Origin: Macrostomum lignano
Taxonomy: Eukaryota
NCBI GenBank assembly: GCA_002269645.1
Contig: NIVC01000070.1
Span: forward strand, 248,001 to 312,000
Reading direction: 5' to 3'
Length of the DNA stretch: 64,000 nucleotides
The position numbers were made by a program, and so were the translations under genes. The first letter of the stretch is position 1. Each line of letters opens with the position of its first letter. The notes beneath the pieces are model-generated. The model saw only the letters and a program-made list of their open reading frames with translations, made no database searches and had not been told where the DNA came from. Shown here piece by piece: positions 47,412 to 60,345 of this stretch.

Positions 47412-50400
47412 TTAAAAAAAACTCCGTCGCGAGGCAAGTCGGCAGCAAGCCTGCGTCAGACTGAATAATCGTGCGCGGCTGACTGCGGCGGGTGCGGCAG
47501 CACAGTCTGCTGCGTGGACAGCTGCGGCTGGTAGGCAGAATAATAGGCCTGGTACTGACTGCTCGATGCCATCATGCTGGCCGGGGCGCGGCCGCTTGTG
47601 AAGGCATTGGCGGAGCGGAGACCTGGGGGAAATGCTGCTGCTGATAGCTTTGATGAAGCGGAGGCTGGAGCACAGCGGATTGGCCGCTGGTGATTGGGGC
47701 ACCGCTGCAAGCTGGCTGCCGCTGTCCATGTCCGGCGGTGCACCCTCCAGCCACTGGGTGTGAGAAAAGGGTTTATAGGATTATTGATTTTTATATCTAT
47801 CTAATTTGATCGGAGGATTATTAGCTGTCCTGGTTTATATTTAAAAAACCGGGAAAGCTAATAATAAACTGATGACTCATGGAGTGGCGCCTCAAAACAT
47901 CCAATAACTCATCGAGTGGCGCCTCAAAACACCCGATAACTTATCGAGTGGCGCCTCAAAACACCCAATAACTCATGGAATGGCGCCTCAAAACACCCAA
48001 TAACTCATGGAATGGCGCCTCAAAACACTCAATAACTCATGGAATCGCGCCTCAAAACACCCAATAACTCATGGAATAGCGCCTCAAAACATTCATCAAC
48101 TCATGGAATAGCGCCTCAAAACACCCAATAACTCATGGAATAGCGCCTCAAAACATTCATCAACTCATGGAATAGCGCCTCAAAACACCCAATAACTCAT
48201 GGAATAGCGCCTCAAAACACCCAATAACTCATGGAATGGCGCCTCAAAACACCCAATAACTCATGGAATAGCGCCTCAAAACACCCAATAACTCTTGGAA
48301 TAGCGCCTCAAAACACTCAATAACTCATGGAATGGCGCCTCAAAACACCCAATAACTCATGGAATGGCGCCTCAAAACACCCAATAACTCATGGAATAGC
48401 GCCTCAAAACATTCATCAACTCATGGAATAGCGCCTCAAAACACCCAATAACTCATGGTATGGCGCCTCAAAACACTCAATAACTCGTGGAATGGCGCCT
48501 CAAAACACTCAATAACTCGTGGAATGGCGCCTCAAAACACTCAATAAATCGTGGAATGGCGCCTCAAAACACTCAATAACTCGTGGAATGGCGCCTCAAA
48601 ACACTCAATAACTCGTGGAATGGCGCCTCAAAACACTCAATAACTCGTGGAATGGCGCCTCAAAACACCGAATAACTCATAGAGTGGCCCCTCAAACGGA
48701 CAACTAATGCAAGAAGTCAAGGTCTGAAAACTCACATAGATGAGCTGATGCTCAGGAGCGCTAACAGCCTGATCAATGCTAGTCTGATAGGCCGTCAGCA
48801 AAGCCGAGTGACGCTGGGCGCAGGCCGTCTCCAGCTGAGGACTTCCTTCGGCCCTGTGCAAGTCGCGCATGAGAGTGCTGGCCCACAGCTGCACCGCCTC
48901 ATCTGGAATTTGCTCAGCCAATTGAACTGCCGCGTCAACAACTTTCTTCACCTCCTCGTACTGAGCGGTGGCGAAGTGAGCTTGCCCGAGCACAATGAGC
49001 GACAGGGTGAGCAGGCGGCGGAGGTTCTCAGAGTTGGCCAGCTTCAGGCTCTCCTTGATGCACAGCCTGGGACACGGTGTGGGGAGGATAGGGGGGTCAA
49101 TTGGATTTTATTGGTGCTGAAATTTAATTTTGAAATTCGGGCAGACACCCTGCAAGGACACAAATAGGGTAGCGGGCAGACACCCAAAAAGACACAAATG
49201 CTGAGGCGGGCAGACACCCTGCAGACACAGATAAGAGACGGGCAGGCAGCCCGCAAAGACAAAAATGCAGAGGCGGGCAGACACCCTGCAAAGACAAAAA
49301 TGCTGAGGCGGGCAGACACCCTGCAAAGACAAAAATGCTAAGGCAGGCAGACACCCCACAAAGACACAGATAAGGAGGCAGGCAGACACCCTGGAAAGAC
49401 ACAAATGCTGAGGCGGGCAGACACCCCACAAAGACACAGATAAGGAGGCAGGCAGACACCCTGGAAAGACACAAATGCTGAGGCGGGCAGACACCCCACA
49501 GACACAGATAAGGAGGCAGGCAGACACCCTGGAAAGACACAAATGCTGAGGCGGGCAGACACCCCACAGACACAGATAAGGAGGCAGGCAGACACCCTGG
49601 AAAGACACAAATGCTGAGGCGGGCAGACACCCCACAAAGACACAGATAAGGAGGCAGGCAGACACCCTGGAAAGACACAAATGCTGAGGCGGGCAGACAT
49701 CCCACAAAGACACAAATGCTGAGACGGGCAGACACTCCACAAAGACGCAAATGCTGAGGCGGGCAGACATTCCTAGACAACAACACATGGTCTATCCAGC
49801 ACTCACTTGGCCCTGGTGAAGTCGCCCAGCATCATTGCCAACAGGCCGTCAACCCAGTCGCCGGCAACACGCAGGCAGTGCCCAGTAGGCCGGGCTGGTC
49901 CAGCAGCCAACTGCTGACTGCTGTCGGTCAGGACTTTCTTACAGTCTGCCAGCCGGTTCTGCCTGAGCATGACCAGGCCCATGTTGAGACAGACAAACTG
50001 GTGCAGGTCTGGCCGAGGTGACAGGCAGAGAGCTCGGCGGAACTGACTCTCGGCCGCACCCAAGCAGTTGGTGGTCATGGCGTACAGGCCGAGCATTGCA
50101 TGGCAGTGGGGACCCCTGCGCTGGAACAGCGAACTGTTGGCTGAGCAGATCCTTAGACTGGTGGCAGCTTGTTCAAGAGCGGCGACTCGATTCCCGGATA
50201 CCAGGTGGCACTGGAAGCTTTGCTCCAGAATGCACAGGTGCAGCACCGTGAGTAGGGGAGAATTATCCTCAATGGCTTTGAGTTTCTCCACCTGAATTTG
50301 ATGAGGAAGATTCTTAACTGAGTCCACTAGTCAGAGTTTGTGAGTCAGAGTGAGTCACTGAGTGAGTCAGTCAGTCAGTCAGTCAGTCAGTCAGTCAGTC

Positions 50401-53400
50401 AGTCAGTGAACAAGTCAGTCAGAGTGAGTCACTGAGTGAGTCAGTCAGTCAGTCAGTCAGTCAGTCAGTCAGTCAGTCAGTCAGTCAGTGAACAAGTCAG
50501 TCAGTCAGTCAGTCAGTCAGTCAGTCAGTCAGTCAGTAAGTGAGTCAGTGAGTCAGTCAGTCAGTGAGTGAGTGAGTCAGTCAGTCAGTCAGTCAGTCAG
50601 TCAGTGAGTCAGCCAGTCAGTGAGTCAGTGAGTCAGTGAGTCAGTGAGTCAGTCAGTCAGTCAGTGAGTCAGTCAGTCAGTGAGTGAGTGAGTCAGTGAG
50701 TCAGTCAGTGAGTCAGTGAGTCAGTCAGTCAGTCAGTGAGTCAGTCAGTCAGTGAGTGAGTGAGTCAGTGAGTCAGTCAGTGAGTCAGTGAGTCAGTCAG
50801 TGAACAAGTCAGTCAGTCAGTCAGTCAGTCAGTCAGTCAGTCAGTCAGTCAGTCAGTCAGTCAGTCAGTCAGTCAGTCAGTCAGTCAGTCAGTCAGTCAG
50901 TCAGTCAGTCAGTCAGTCAGTCAGTCAGTCAGTCAGTCAGTCAGTCAGTCAGTCAGTCAGTCAGTCAGTCAGTCAGTCAGTCAGTCAGTCAGTCAGTCAG
51001 TCAGTCAGTCAGTCAGTCAGTCAGTCAGTCAGTCAGTCAGTCAGTCAGTCAGTCAGTCAGTCAGTCAGTCAGTCAGTCAGTCAGTCAGTCAGTCAGTCAG
51101 TCAGTCAGTCAGTCAGTCAGTCAGTCAGTCAGTCAGTCAGTCAGTCAGTCAGTCACTGAACAAGTGAGTCAGTCAGAACCCCAAGCAGACCTGAGTCAAA
51201 GCCTTCTCAGTGTAGCGCTGCACTTTATCATAATAGGCCTCCTGCATGTTGTGCAGCAGAGTGAGCAGGTACACCAGCACGGACATGTGCTCTCTAGACA
51301 GCCATTCGAACTGGTCCATCGTGTCGGATGCCGCATTGGGCTGCTGCGAGTGAGCCGACTGCGCCGGGGCCGGATCGTCTTGCATAGCCGAGAATGCTTG
51401 GATGGCCTTCTGCAGCTGGCGGAGTGTTGGCCGGGCCTGTTTGGCCTGACCGGCGACCAGGTGGTTCATCACCTGGGATTTGGGAATAGATGCGGCTTAT
51501 CGTGAAACTACGAGTGTCAAAACACTCGTGGGATATTTAACCAAACTGATGATGGGATATCTAACCAATTTGATGATGGGACATCTAACCAATTTGATGA
51601 TGAGATATCTAACCAATTTGATGATGGGATATCTAACCAATTTGATGATGGGACATCTAACCAATTTGATGATGAGATATCTAACCAATTTGATGATGGG
51701 ATATCTAACCAATTTGATGATGGGACATCTAACCAATTTGATGATGAGATATCTAACCAATTTGATGATGGGATATCTAACCAATTTGATGATGGGACAT
51801 CTAACCAATTTGATGATGGATATCTAACCAATTTGATGATGGGATATCTAACCAATTTGATGATGGGATATCTAACCAATTTGATGATGGGATATCTAAC
51901 CAATTTGATGATGGGATATCTAACCAATTTGATGATGGGATATCTAACCAATTTGATGATGGGATATCTAACCAATTTGATGATGGGATATCTAACCAAT
52001 CTGGGAATGGGATATCTAACCAATCTGGGAATGGGATATCTAACAAAACTGATAAAGGGATATCTAATCAATTTGATGATGGGATATCTAACCAAACTGA
52101 TGATGGGATATCTAACCAAACTGATGATGGGATATCTAACAAAACTGATAAAGGGATATCTATTCAATTTGATGATGGGATATCTAACCAAACTGATGAT
52201 GGGATATCTAACCAATCTGGGAATGGGATATCTAACCTAAGTGAAACTAAGAAACGTAGATCTCAAACATCCAAACACCAAAGCCCGCAGTTAGCACACC
52301 TGAATAATAAGAGAAAATATTTTAAGCGCCTCCTGTTTCCGACCGCCCTGTTGCATGGCCTCGATAACCTTGGATGTAACTGTGAGACTGTTGTGCACCT
52401 CAGCCAGCTGTCGTGTGGCCAGCAGCAGTAGGCATTTGGCCAGCAAGAACAGGCCTCTGGTGTACTCGCTTCGGTGCTGCTGGGCGTACTGAGAGCCCAG
52501 GGCCAGCAATTCGCAAGCTCGGCCCGGATCGCTCTGGCTGAGGTGCTGCGCCAGTTTCAGAAGGAACCGGCAGTGCCTGAAAAGGATATTGAATGCGATT
52601 TATTAGACATTTCTATGACCATTATTGGGAATTTATGAGCAATTCTTAGAAAATCCATAAACAATGCATGCAAATCCGTGAGCGGTTCTTAAAAGACCGT
52701 GAACTATTCTTGGAAATCTATGAGCGATTCTTGAATATCAATGAGCGATTCTTAGAAATCTATGAGCGATTCTTGAATATCAATGAGCGTGAGCGATTCT
52801 TGGAAATCTATGAGCGATTCTTGGAAACATGAGCGATTCTTGGATATCAATGAGCGATTCTTGGAAATCTATGAGCGATTCTTGGAAACATGAGCGATTC
52901 TTGGATATCAATGAGCAATTCTTAGAAATCTATGAGCGATTCTTGGAAACATGAGCGATTCTTGGATATCAATGAGCGATTCTTGGAAATCTATGAGCGA
53001 TTCTTAGATATCAATGAGCGATTCTTGGATATCAATGAGCGGTTCTTAGATATCAATGAGCGATTCTTGGATATCAAAGAGCGATTCTTAGATATCAATG
53101 AGCGATTCTTGGAAAGCTATGACCGATTCTTGGAAGCCTATGAGCGATTCTTGGAAACCTATGAGCGATTCTTGGATATCAATGAGCGATTCTTGGAAAT
53201 CTATGAGCGATTCTTGGAAACATGAGCGATTCTTGGATATCAATGAGCGATTCTTGGAAATCTATGAGCGATTCTTAGATATCAATGAGCGATTCTTGGA
53301 TATCAAAGAGCGATTCTTAGATATCGATGAGCGATTCTTGGAAAGCTATGACCGATTATTGGTAATCTATGAACGATTATTAGAAATCTATGTGTGATTC

Positions 53401-55387
53401 TTGGAAATCTTTGTTCGATTCCTGGAAACCTATGAACGATTATTGGATATATATAAGCGATTCTTAGAAATTCTTAGAAACCTATGAGCAATTTTCAGCA
53501 ACTAACAATTTTATAAGCTATTCTTGAAATTTATTAAATTCTAAAATTACATTGAAAAAAGTGGGAAGATCGGAAACAATGGGGACAATTAAAATTTCAT
53601 GGGGGATTATTTTTACATAAAGAATCCGCACTCACCACTCTGGCAGGCCGTGACTGGCTGCCAGGGCCTCCTCCAGCAGCGGAGTGACCCTCTGACCGGC
53701 CAGCCCAACAGCCATGGGATCGGCAGTCAACCAGCAGTCCACAAGCAAGTCAGCCGCCTCGAGGCACACCACCGGATCCTGCGATTGCACCAGGGCGCGC
53801 AGACTCCAGGCCGCTTCCAGGTGAGCGGCGGCAGCTGCGGCGGCCCGCTCCGCGCCAGCCCGAGTGGTGTGCTGCATCAGCAGCCGCCCGATCTGCACCT
53901 TGGTTCTAAACAAAATAATTATCGGATATGCTCATTATGCTACTGGCAGTAAAAAGTAAAGAAAGTTGACTTTTAAAATTATACTGATTTGGACCTGTGA
54001 CCTGGAAGTTACTAACCTACCAGGTGAACCTGAAGCGGTCACTACCATAGCCTGAAGATTAACATCGGTCACTTCCATACCCTGAAGATTTATATCATTA
54101 CAGCATACCCTGAAGGTCAACTGCGGTCACTACCATAGCCTGAAGGTCTACAGCGGTCACTACCATAGCCTGAAGGTCTACAGCGGTCACTACCAATACA
54201 CCGAAGGTTTACAGCAGTCACTACCATAGTCTAACGGCTTACATAGGTCACTACCACACCTTGAAGGTTTACAACAGTCACTAGCATACCCTGAAGGCTT
54301 ACATAGGTCACTACCATACCCTGAAGGTAAACAGCAGTCATTAAAATACCCTGAAGGCTTACATAGGTCACTACCATACCCTGAAGGTAAACAGCAGTCA
54401 TTAAAATACCCTGAAGGCTTACATAGGTCACTACCATACCCTGAAGGCTTAAATAGGTCACTATCATACCCTGAAGGCTTACATAGGTCACTACCATACC
54501 CTGAAGGCTTACATAGGTCACTACCATACCCTGAAGGCTTACATAGGTCACTATCATACCCTGAAGGTCTACAGCAGTCACAACCATACCCTGAAGGTAA
54601 ACAGCAATCATTAAAATACCCTGAAGGCTTACAGCAGTCACTATCATACCCTGAAGGCTTACAGCAGTCACTACCATACCCTGAAGGTTAACAGCAGTCA
54701 CTACCATACCCTGAAGGCTTACAGCAGTCACTACCATACCCTGAAGGTTAACAGCAGTCACTACCATACCATGAAGGCTTACAGCAGTCACTACCATACC
54801 CTGAAGGTTAACAGCAGTCACTACCATACCCTGAAGGCTTACAGCAGTCACTACCATACCCTGAAGGTTAACAGCAGTCACTACCATACCATGAAGGCTT
54901 ACAGCAGTCACTACCATACCCTGAAGGTTAACAGCAGTCACTACCATACCCTGAAGGCTTACAGCAGTCACTACCATAGCCTGAAGGTTGTGCAGTGTCG
55001 CTGCTACACCTGCACTTAAGCACTGATCAAGCCTTACCTAGCAATGATGAGTTCAGGCAGGCGGATCTGCAGCACAGCCTGCAAGCAGTGCAGCGTCATC
55101 CGAATGTTGCCAGCCAGACGGAAAGACTCTGCCATGCCAAGTAAGGAATGATAGGCGGCTTCTGCATCCTGCTGCTGATGGATGGAGCTGCTCAATGATG
55201 GTTCAACTGGCTGCTGAATAACTGCCTGCGCCTCGCTGCTAGCTGGATAGACTGCAGCCTGGCCTGGTTGTTGATGCTGGTATGCACTGTGATAAGCCTG
55301 AGCAGCACCTGCTGTCCCTGATGCTGAATGCTGCTGCTGCTCATCTAGAGCTTGCGACAGGAATGTGTGAGAATTCCACAAGTTCAT
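47412..55387 (-). CDS. MAU2: Cohesin loader subunit MAU2/Scc4 with Q-rich terminal extensions
   Basis: In-phase exons 55387-55038 (LLGMAESFR..IR.TLHCLQAV), 53905-53636, 52576-52300 (WHCRFLLKLAQ), 51472-51191 (FEWLSREHMSVLVYL), 50291-49807 (HCHAMLGLYAM), 49066-48736 (LKLANSENL.RL), 47753 onward (WLEGAPP). The stop is at 47412 as read, or 47456 if two indels are errors. The ATG is uncertain. Confidence 0.93.
47870..48690. repeat. 32-bp minisatellite (CAATAACTCATGGAATGGCGCCTCAAAACACC)n
   Basis: MAU2 intron 6. Confidence 0.96.
49138..49775. repeat. 35-bp minisatellite with two alternating variants
   Basis: CAGACACCCTGGAAAGACACAAATGCTGAGGCGGG alternating with CAGACACCCCACAAAGACACAGATAAGGAGGCAGG; MAU2 intron 5. 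Confidence 0.93.
50325..51176. repeat. (AGTC)n/(AGTG)n microsatellite
   Basis: Nearly the whole of MAU2 intron 4. Confidence 0.98.
51530..52237. repeat. 24-bp minisatellite (ATGATGGGATATCTAACCAATTTG)n
   Basis: MAU2 intron 3. Confidence 0.97.
52720..53480. repeat. 21-bp minisatellite (ATGAGCGATTCTTGGATATCA)n
   Basis: MAU2 intron 2. Confidence 0.96.
54030..54990. repeat. 30-bp minisatellite (CAGTCACTACCATACCCTGAAGG(C/T)T(T/A)ACAG)n
   Basis: MAU2 intron 1. Confidence 0.96.
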
Positions 55388-57255
55388 AGCCGTGTATTGA
55401 ACTTGGGACCTCTGGGGTGGTCTGATAGAGACTGGCTGATAGCAGATTTTAACAATGAAATCTTTTAGTATTTGATTTTGACATCAAAGAGTACAAACAA
55501 GTTTTTTAGAAAGAAAGCTTAACAAAAATATGCATTATTAAATAAATTATAACAGATATTTTTTTAATAAAAATGAATCATTTTGAGGTTCAAATGCTCA
55601 AATATATATTTGTTCAATTTTCAAAGAAATGCGAACAATTTTGCCTTTTTCTATTTAAACAATATATCTCACTCTAATATTTTGGGCATTGTTTTACATA
55701 AGACAATAAGGTTTAGGCCTACCCACATAACCAAAGATCTCGTCATTGGTTTGCCTTACTAGCGATAACTTGCTTGGCAAAATTGCAGCAACATCATAGC
55801 AATTATATATGGTGATACACAGTTTTTTGAAGTAACATAAACATTAAACAACATAGAATGTTTAGTCATTCTGAAGGTAACTAAAGAAATTTATGAACTT
55901 TCTATTGTTCTGCAGTCAAAGTTTTTTTAAACTCACAAAAATTTTTGGCAATAATTATGGTGTAGCAATGGGAAAGCAAATAATTGATTTTGGAAATATA
56001 TTTTTTATCTAGATCAATACATTAGTGGAAAATGTTTATTAAACATGAATTCCAATTCCAAACACCAAAGATTTATTAAAATTCAGAGGCACATATAACT
56101 TTGCTTTTCTTTTACTTCTTTTTCATATTTTCATTGCTATGCAATAATACAACAATTGTTTGGTATAGATTTTAAAAGGAATTAAAAACCAAAAAAATTG
56201 ATGTAGAATGTTGTTTTATTTTTATTTCAAACAATTTTATTATATCTACTCTTTTTACCTTTAATTGTCAACTTAATAGGCCTTAGCTATTGCTATATTA
56301 AGTATTAGGCCTATGTTTACTTATTTACAATAAGAAACACATAGACCAAGACCCAATTGTATCCATACTGACCATTTAGAACTATGGCTATCTTAAGATT
56401 TGGCCATTTGGTCATGCACCTCATGGTTTAAATGGTGTAATAAATGGTAGAAAAATTGTAGAAAAAATGGTAGAATAAATAATCAATAAAATTACAAGCA
56501 TTATCTGTTCACCATTTTTGTAGAAATAAGCTTCTTTAGAGCATCATAAAAATTGGAAATGTATCAAGGATGTTCCATATAGTATACATATGAATACTAA
56601 ATTTTAAAATGGCACCCTGAAATGAAAAATTGGGTGCAGTTTAAGTGTAGCCTCATATCTATTTTTTTATTGAAGCCTTATTTGCATTGCCTTAAGAATA
56701 AAAAAGAGAAATTATAGTTTGAGCCTTATAATCACTGTGAAAATGAACATAGGATACAATTTTGCACTTTATATACAATGTCTCTAGGGAAAAAGAAAAC
56801 CCTGAAATAACCCCTCATTATATAAGTTCATGATGATTGCTCTGCCTCCCACAATGTCAATAGGCCTAGACAAAAAATCTTGATGGGAGAATTTCCATTC
56901 TTTGATTGAAGGGCATTTCTATTTATGACTATGGTTTAATCAGTGCAAACAACTAGTGAGAAAAGCGGGACTTGCTTTATGTCTATAATTTATTATCCTT
57001 AAAAATAAGAAAATGGCAATTGTTATTTGTCTAGTGACTAGACAAATAGCCTATTTGCTATTTGTCTGGTTAAATTGCTAACACAAGTATTATGATGAAT
57101 ATTCTAGATTTTTAAGACCTTTTCTTGTATACTAGACCCTAATATTTTCTTGTATTTGTATAAGCAAAGCAGTGTATTCAATTCAGTACAATTTGGTAGG
57201 CCTAGGCCCTATATAAAACACATACTAGTACTAGTTCCCAGTGAGCTCCGCGAAA

Positions 57256-57382
57256 CCCACAAACCCAAGGACACGCGCGAAGCGCGTGTCCTTGGGTTTG
57301 TGGGGTGAGCGGAGCGAACGCGCGAGGCACAAAGTGCCGAGCATGAGGAACAAACAGCCAGCCAATGCGCGAAGCGCATTGG
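57256..57382. other. Two GCGAAGC-capped perfect hairpins (23-bp and 9-bp stems)
   Basis: 57256-57304: CCCACAAACCCAAGGACACGCGC-GAA-GCGCGTGTCCTTGGGTTTGTGGG; 57362-57382: CCAATGCGC-GAA-GCGCATTGG. Confidence 0.95.
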
Positions 57383-59566
57383 GTGGTCTGGCTTGTGACG
57401 AATATAATAATATGAGACGTGTGCATCGAAAAAATGACAAGAAAAATCTCACAAAAACTGCTGTAACTTCAAAACTACAAGTGCGAATTTCACAAGTGAG
57501 GTGTCATTTTAAAGAGAAGAATCTGATCTATTTAACGAGTATAGTTTTGTATGGATTCACTGCGGAGAAAAGGAACAGGCTTCAGTTGAAATGTTTGACT
57601 TAAGATTATGTCTTTACAAAAGTGCATTTCCTCATGCACATTAAAACTCGAGCTAAAAATGTTCGAGGGTTATAGGTGCGCCTTACTAAGATGCATAACA
57701 TTATTGGGTTGTTTTTTTCAATTGTATCAAAAAGTTGGCACTTTGGTTGCAAAAAATGCAAAAATTGAAAATGTACTTTTACAGTTTTTTGCATTTTTTT
57801 CTATACTGCTAATAGTTAAGCATACATACTATGCACCAATTGATGCGCAATTCAAAGATACACAAGTGTGGAAGTTTTCAATTCTTAAACATTTGAAATC
57901 AGAAAGTTATCGACGAAAGACTAAAAATCATGATCTCAAACTGATTTGAGGAAAAGTGCTCATTATAATTTTTGGAATATGGAAGAAACAATTCAACGCC
58001 GTCATCTAATTCCAAACTAACTGTACTTTAAGGTACTGCGATGATTTTTTTATTGAAAGAGCGAAACCTGTTTAAATATTTGAAAAAATGGAAAAAAAGT
58101 ACCTTTTTTTCATAGAAATACACTCTTTTGACTGCTTAATCCGATTTCCAACAACAAAATAGTTGCTTTCCTGCTGGTGCAAACCGTTATTAGGGTGAAT
58201 TTTCAAAATTGCATACTGTGCCAAAAGTAAACTGAAGCTTAATATTTATAAACATTAGAAACGGGACCACTAATGGGTATTTTACTTTGGTTACTTACTA
58301 TGGACTAAACTGGCACTGGCAGAGACAGATTTGAGAGAAACTAATTGCTCCATTGTATTTGTATTTGGCTCCAGCGTTACAAATTACAATAGCTATTTCG
58401 GGGTCTAACCGGCTAAGTTATCAAAAAAGCTAGATACCAATCACCAGTTTCATCATCAGCTATACCTACCACGATTTTATAGTCACATGCAACAGTAATA
58501 CCCTCCTTTAAAAGTTTTCAATATCTAAAATGATGTGTTAAATTTTATAAAATTTCATAAACAGTGAAATTTTAGCTGTTTACGTGCTGGTGGTTTGAAC
58601 GTAGCTACTTTGTGCGAAAATACACTGTCATTAATACCGTACCTATTATTGTATTTATTGTATTGAAAGTTGATGTGTAAATTGTACTTTTCTATTTTTT
58701 TGTCATTCGTTATCGCACTCGGGCCGGCCTGCCTGCCTTGTGGGGTGTGGTGGCCTTGGCCACTTTCTCCCCCTTCTGCTAGGATCCAAAGCAAGCTTTC
58801 AAGTGTACATTTAATATTATCGATCGATTATTTAAAACAAGCCTCTAGTGGCTGGTGTTGAGAGTGAGTGGCCTTGAGTGTACGCGAAAGCAAGAGGAAG
58901 CCCATGGGCGGACTATATGAACCTTCCTTTAGTGGAAAGTTGGGCCTTGTGCATTGGATAGTGTACGCTACACAAGACAGAAGGTAAAGAGAAAGAGAAC
59001 GACAGGCTAGCCAATAGCGATAGCATGTGCTTCTTTCTCTCCAGTCCACTATGGTAGGGGGGGGGAGGGGGGTGTCAGACGGCCCAACTCTAACCCCCAT
59101 ACCCAAAACAGCGTACATGTAGAATAAGAAGGGATTGGGTCCAGATAAGTCTTCCCAAATGTACATGTATGTACAAAGACAAACACAGACAAGAAAAATG
59201 GCTCTAAAAACCATTGTTATTGTTACACTGTGTGTCTATTTTTATTAACTTGACTTTGACTTGTCTTTACTCTAGCATGGTCAAGGATAATTACTGTTAC
59301 TTCATACCTAATTTACAATTAATTGCATAAGATTAAGAAGGAATAATACAATCGAGGTCGAACCCATGATCACTTGACCCACCCACCCATGATCACTTCT
59401 GATTCTGACCTACATGTATCTACTATATCCTGCCAGTTTCTCCAGTTTTATGGGTCTTGGTGTCGGTGATTCGAGCAATTCCATTACATTTTATCGGTGC
59501 AGTGCGTCTATTAATGCTTAGCTACTTGTATATGTGTTGCAGAACTTATGCTCGTAGTTTCCCTTC

Positions 59567-60345
59567 TAGGGATGTTGACCCCGGGAGTGCTCCCCGGGGA
59601 GCTTGTCGGGGAATACTCTCCGGGGAATTTAACCGGGGACCCTGGGGAGAAAAAATATGAAAAAATGCATTTGTAACTTAATTTTTGCCATTAAAATAAG
59701 AAACTGATTCACAGAAAGCTGATTGAAACTCTGTCTATGCTCTTTTACCGCATAATTGCTTATTTCAATGCATTACATGTATTTGAAACACAACACACGT
59801 TTGATTGTTTTTTCACTAATAAGTCATTCAATCAAGCAAATTGCACGTAGAAAAGAAACCCGTCAGGAAAAAGAAGCCTTACTGACTAGTGACTGCTGTG
59901 TTGGTCTGCGTTGACGGCTTGACGCAGGCGCAGCGCTGCGTCATGCGTCAGGCACTGACGCATGGGGGGTGTCATACATATACTCCCAATTAGACAAGGA
60001 CAAAATGGTGATTTACATATATATGCAAGAAATAAAATTCCGATTATAAAAACAGTCTCATTCATTAATTATCCTCTCACGAGCGTAGCTGTTTAGCATG
60101 CATTCCAACAAATGCACTTTTCCGATAAAGGTGCGCGCACGATTTCGTGATGCCACATTGTCAAATACAGTTTAAAAAAACATTGTTTAAAATTTTTACC
60201 CCTGCGCCTTGAACATGTAGTACAAAGCTTAAATCAAAGTTTAAAAAATTCCACTTACAATCTAAGTGATCCGCCGTTTTTACTTATTTTTTCTTTTCAC
60301 CGGGGTCCCCGATAAGATAATTCCCTGGGGAATCGACATCCCTAA
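59567..60345. mobile_element. Non-autonomous hAT-like element (~780 bp)
   Basis: TIR TAGGGATGT(T/C)GA (11/12); 8-bp TSD TTCCCTTC at 59559-59566 and 60346-60353 (one extra base on the right); CGGGGA subterminal repeats inverted at both ends. Confidence 0.82.

Noticed and set aside
51495-51560. Possible hammerhead ribozyme (GAAAC, hairpin, CTGATGA)
   Set aside because: It lacks the required GUH triplet after stem III and has no convincing stems I/II.
49044-55019. Repeat ORFs within MAU2 introns
   Set aside because: All map to tandem arrays between in-phase MAU2 exons.
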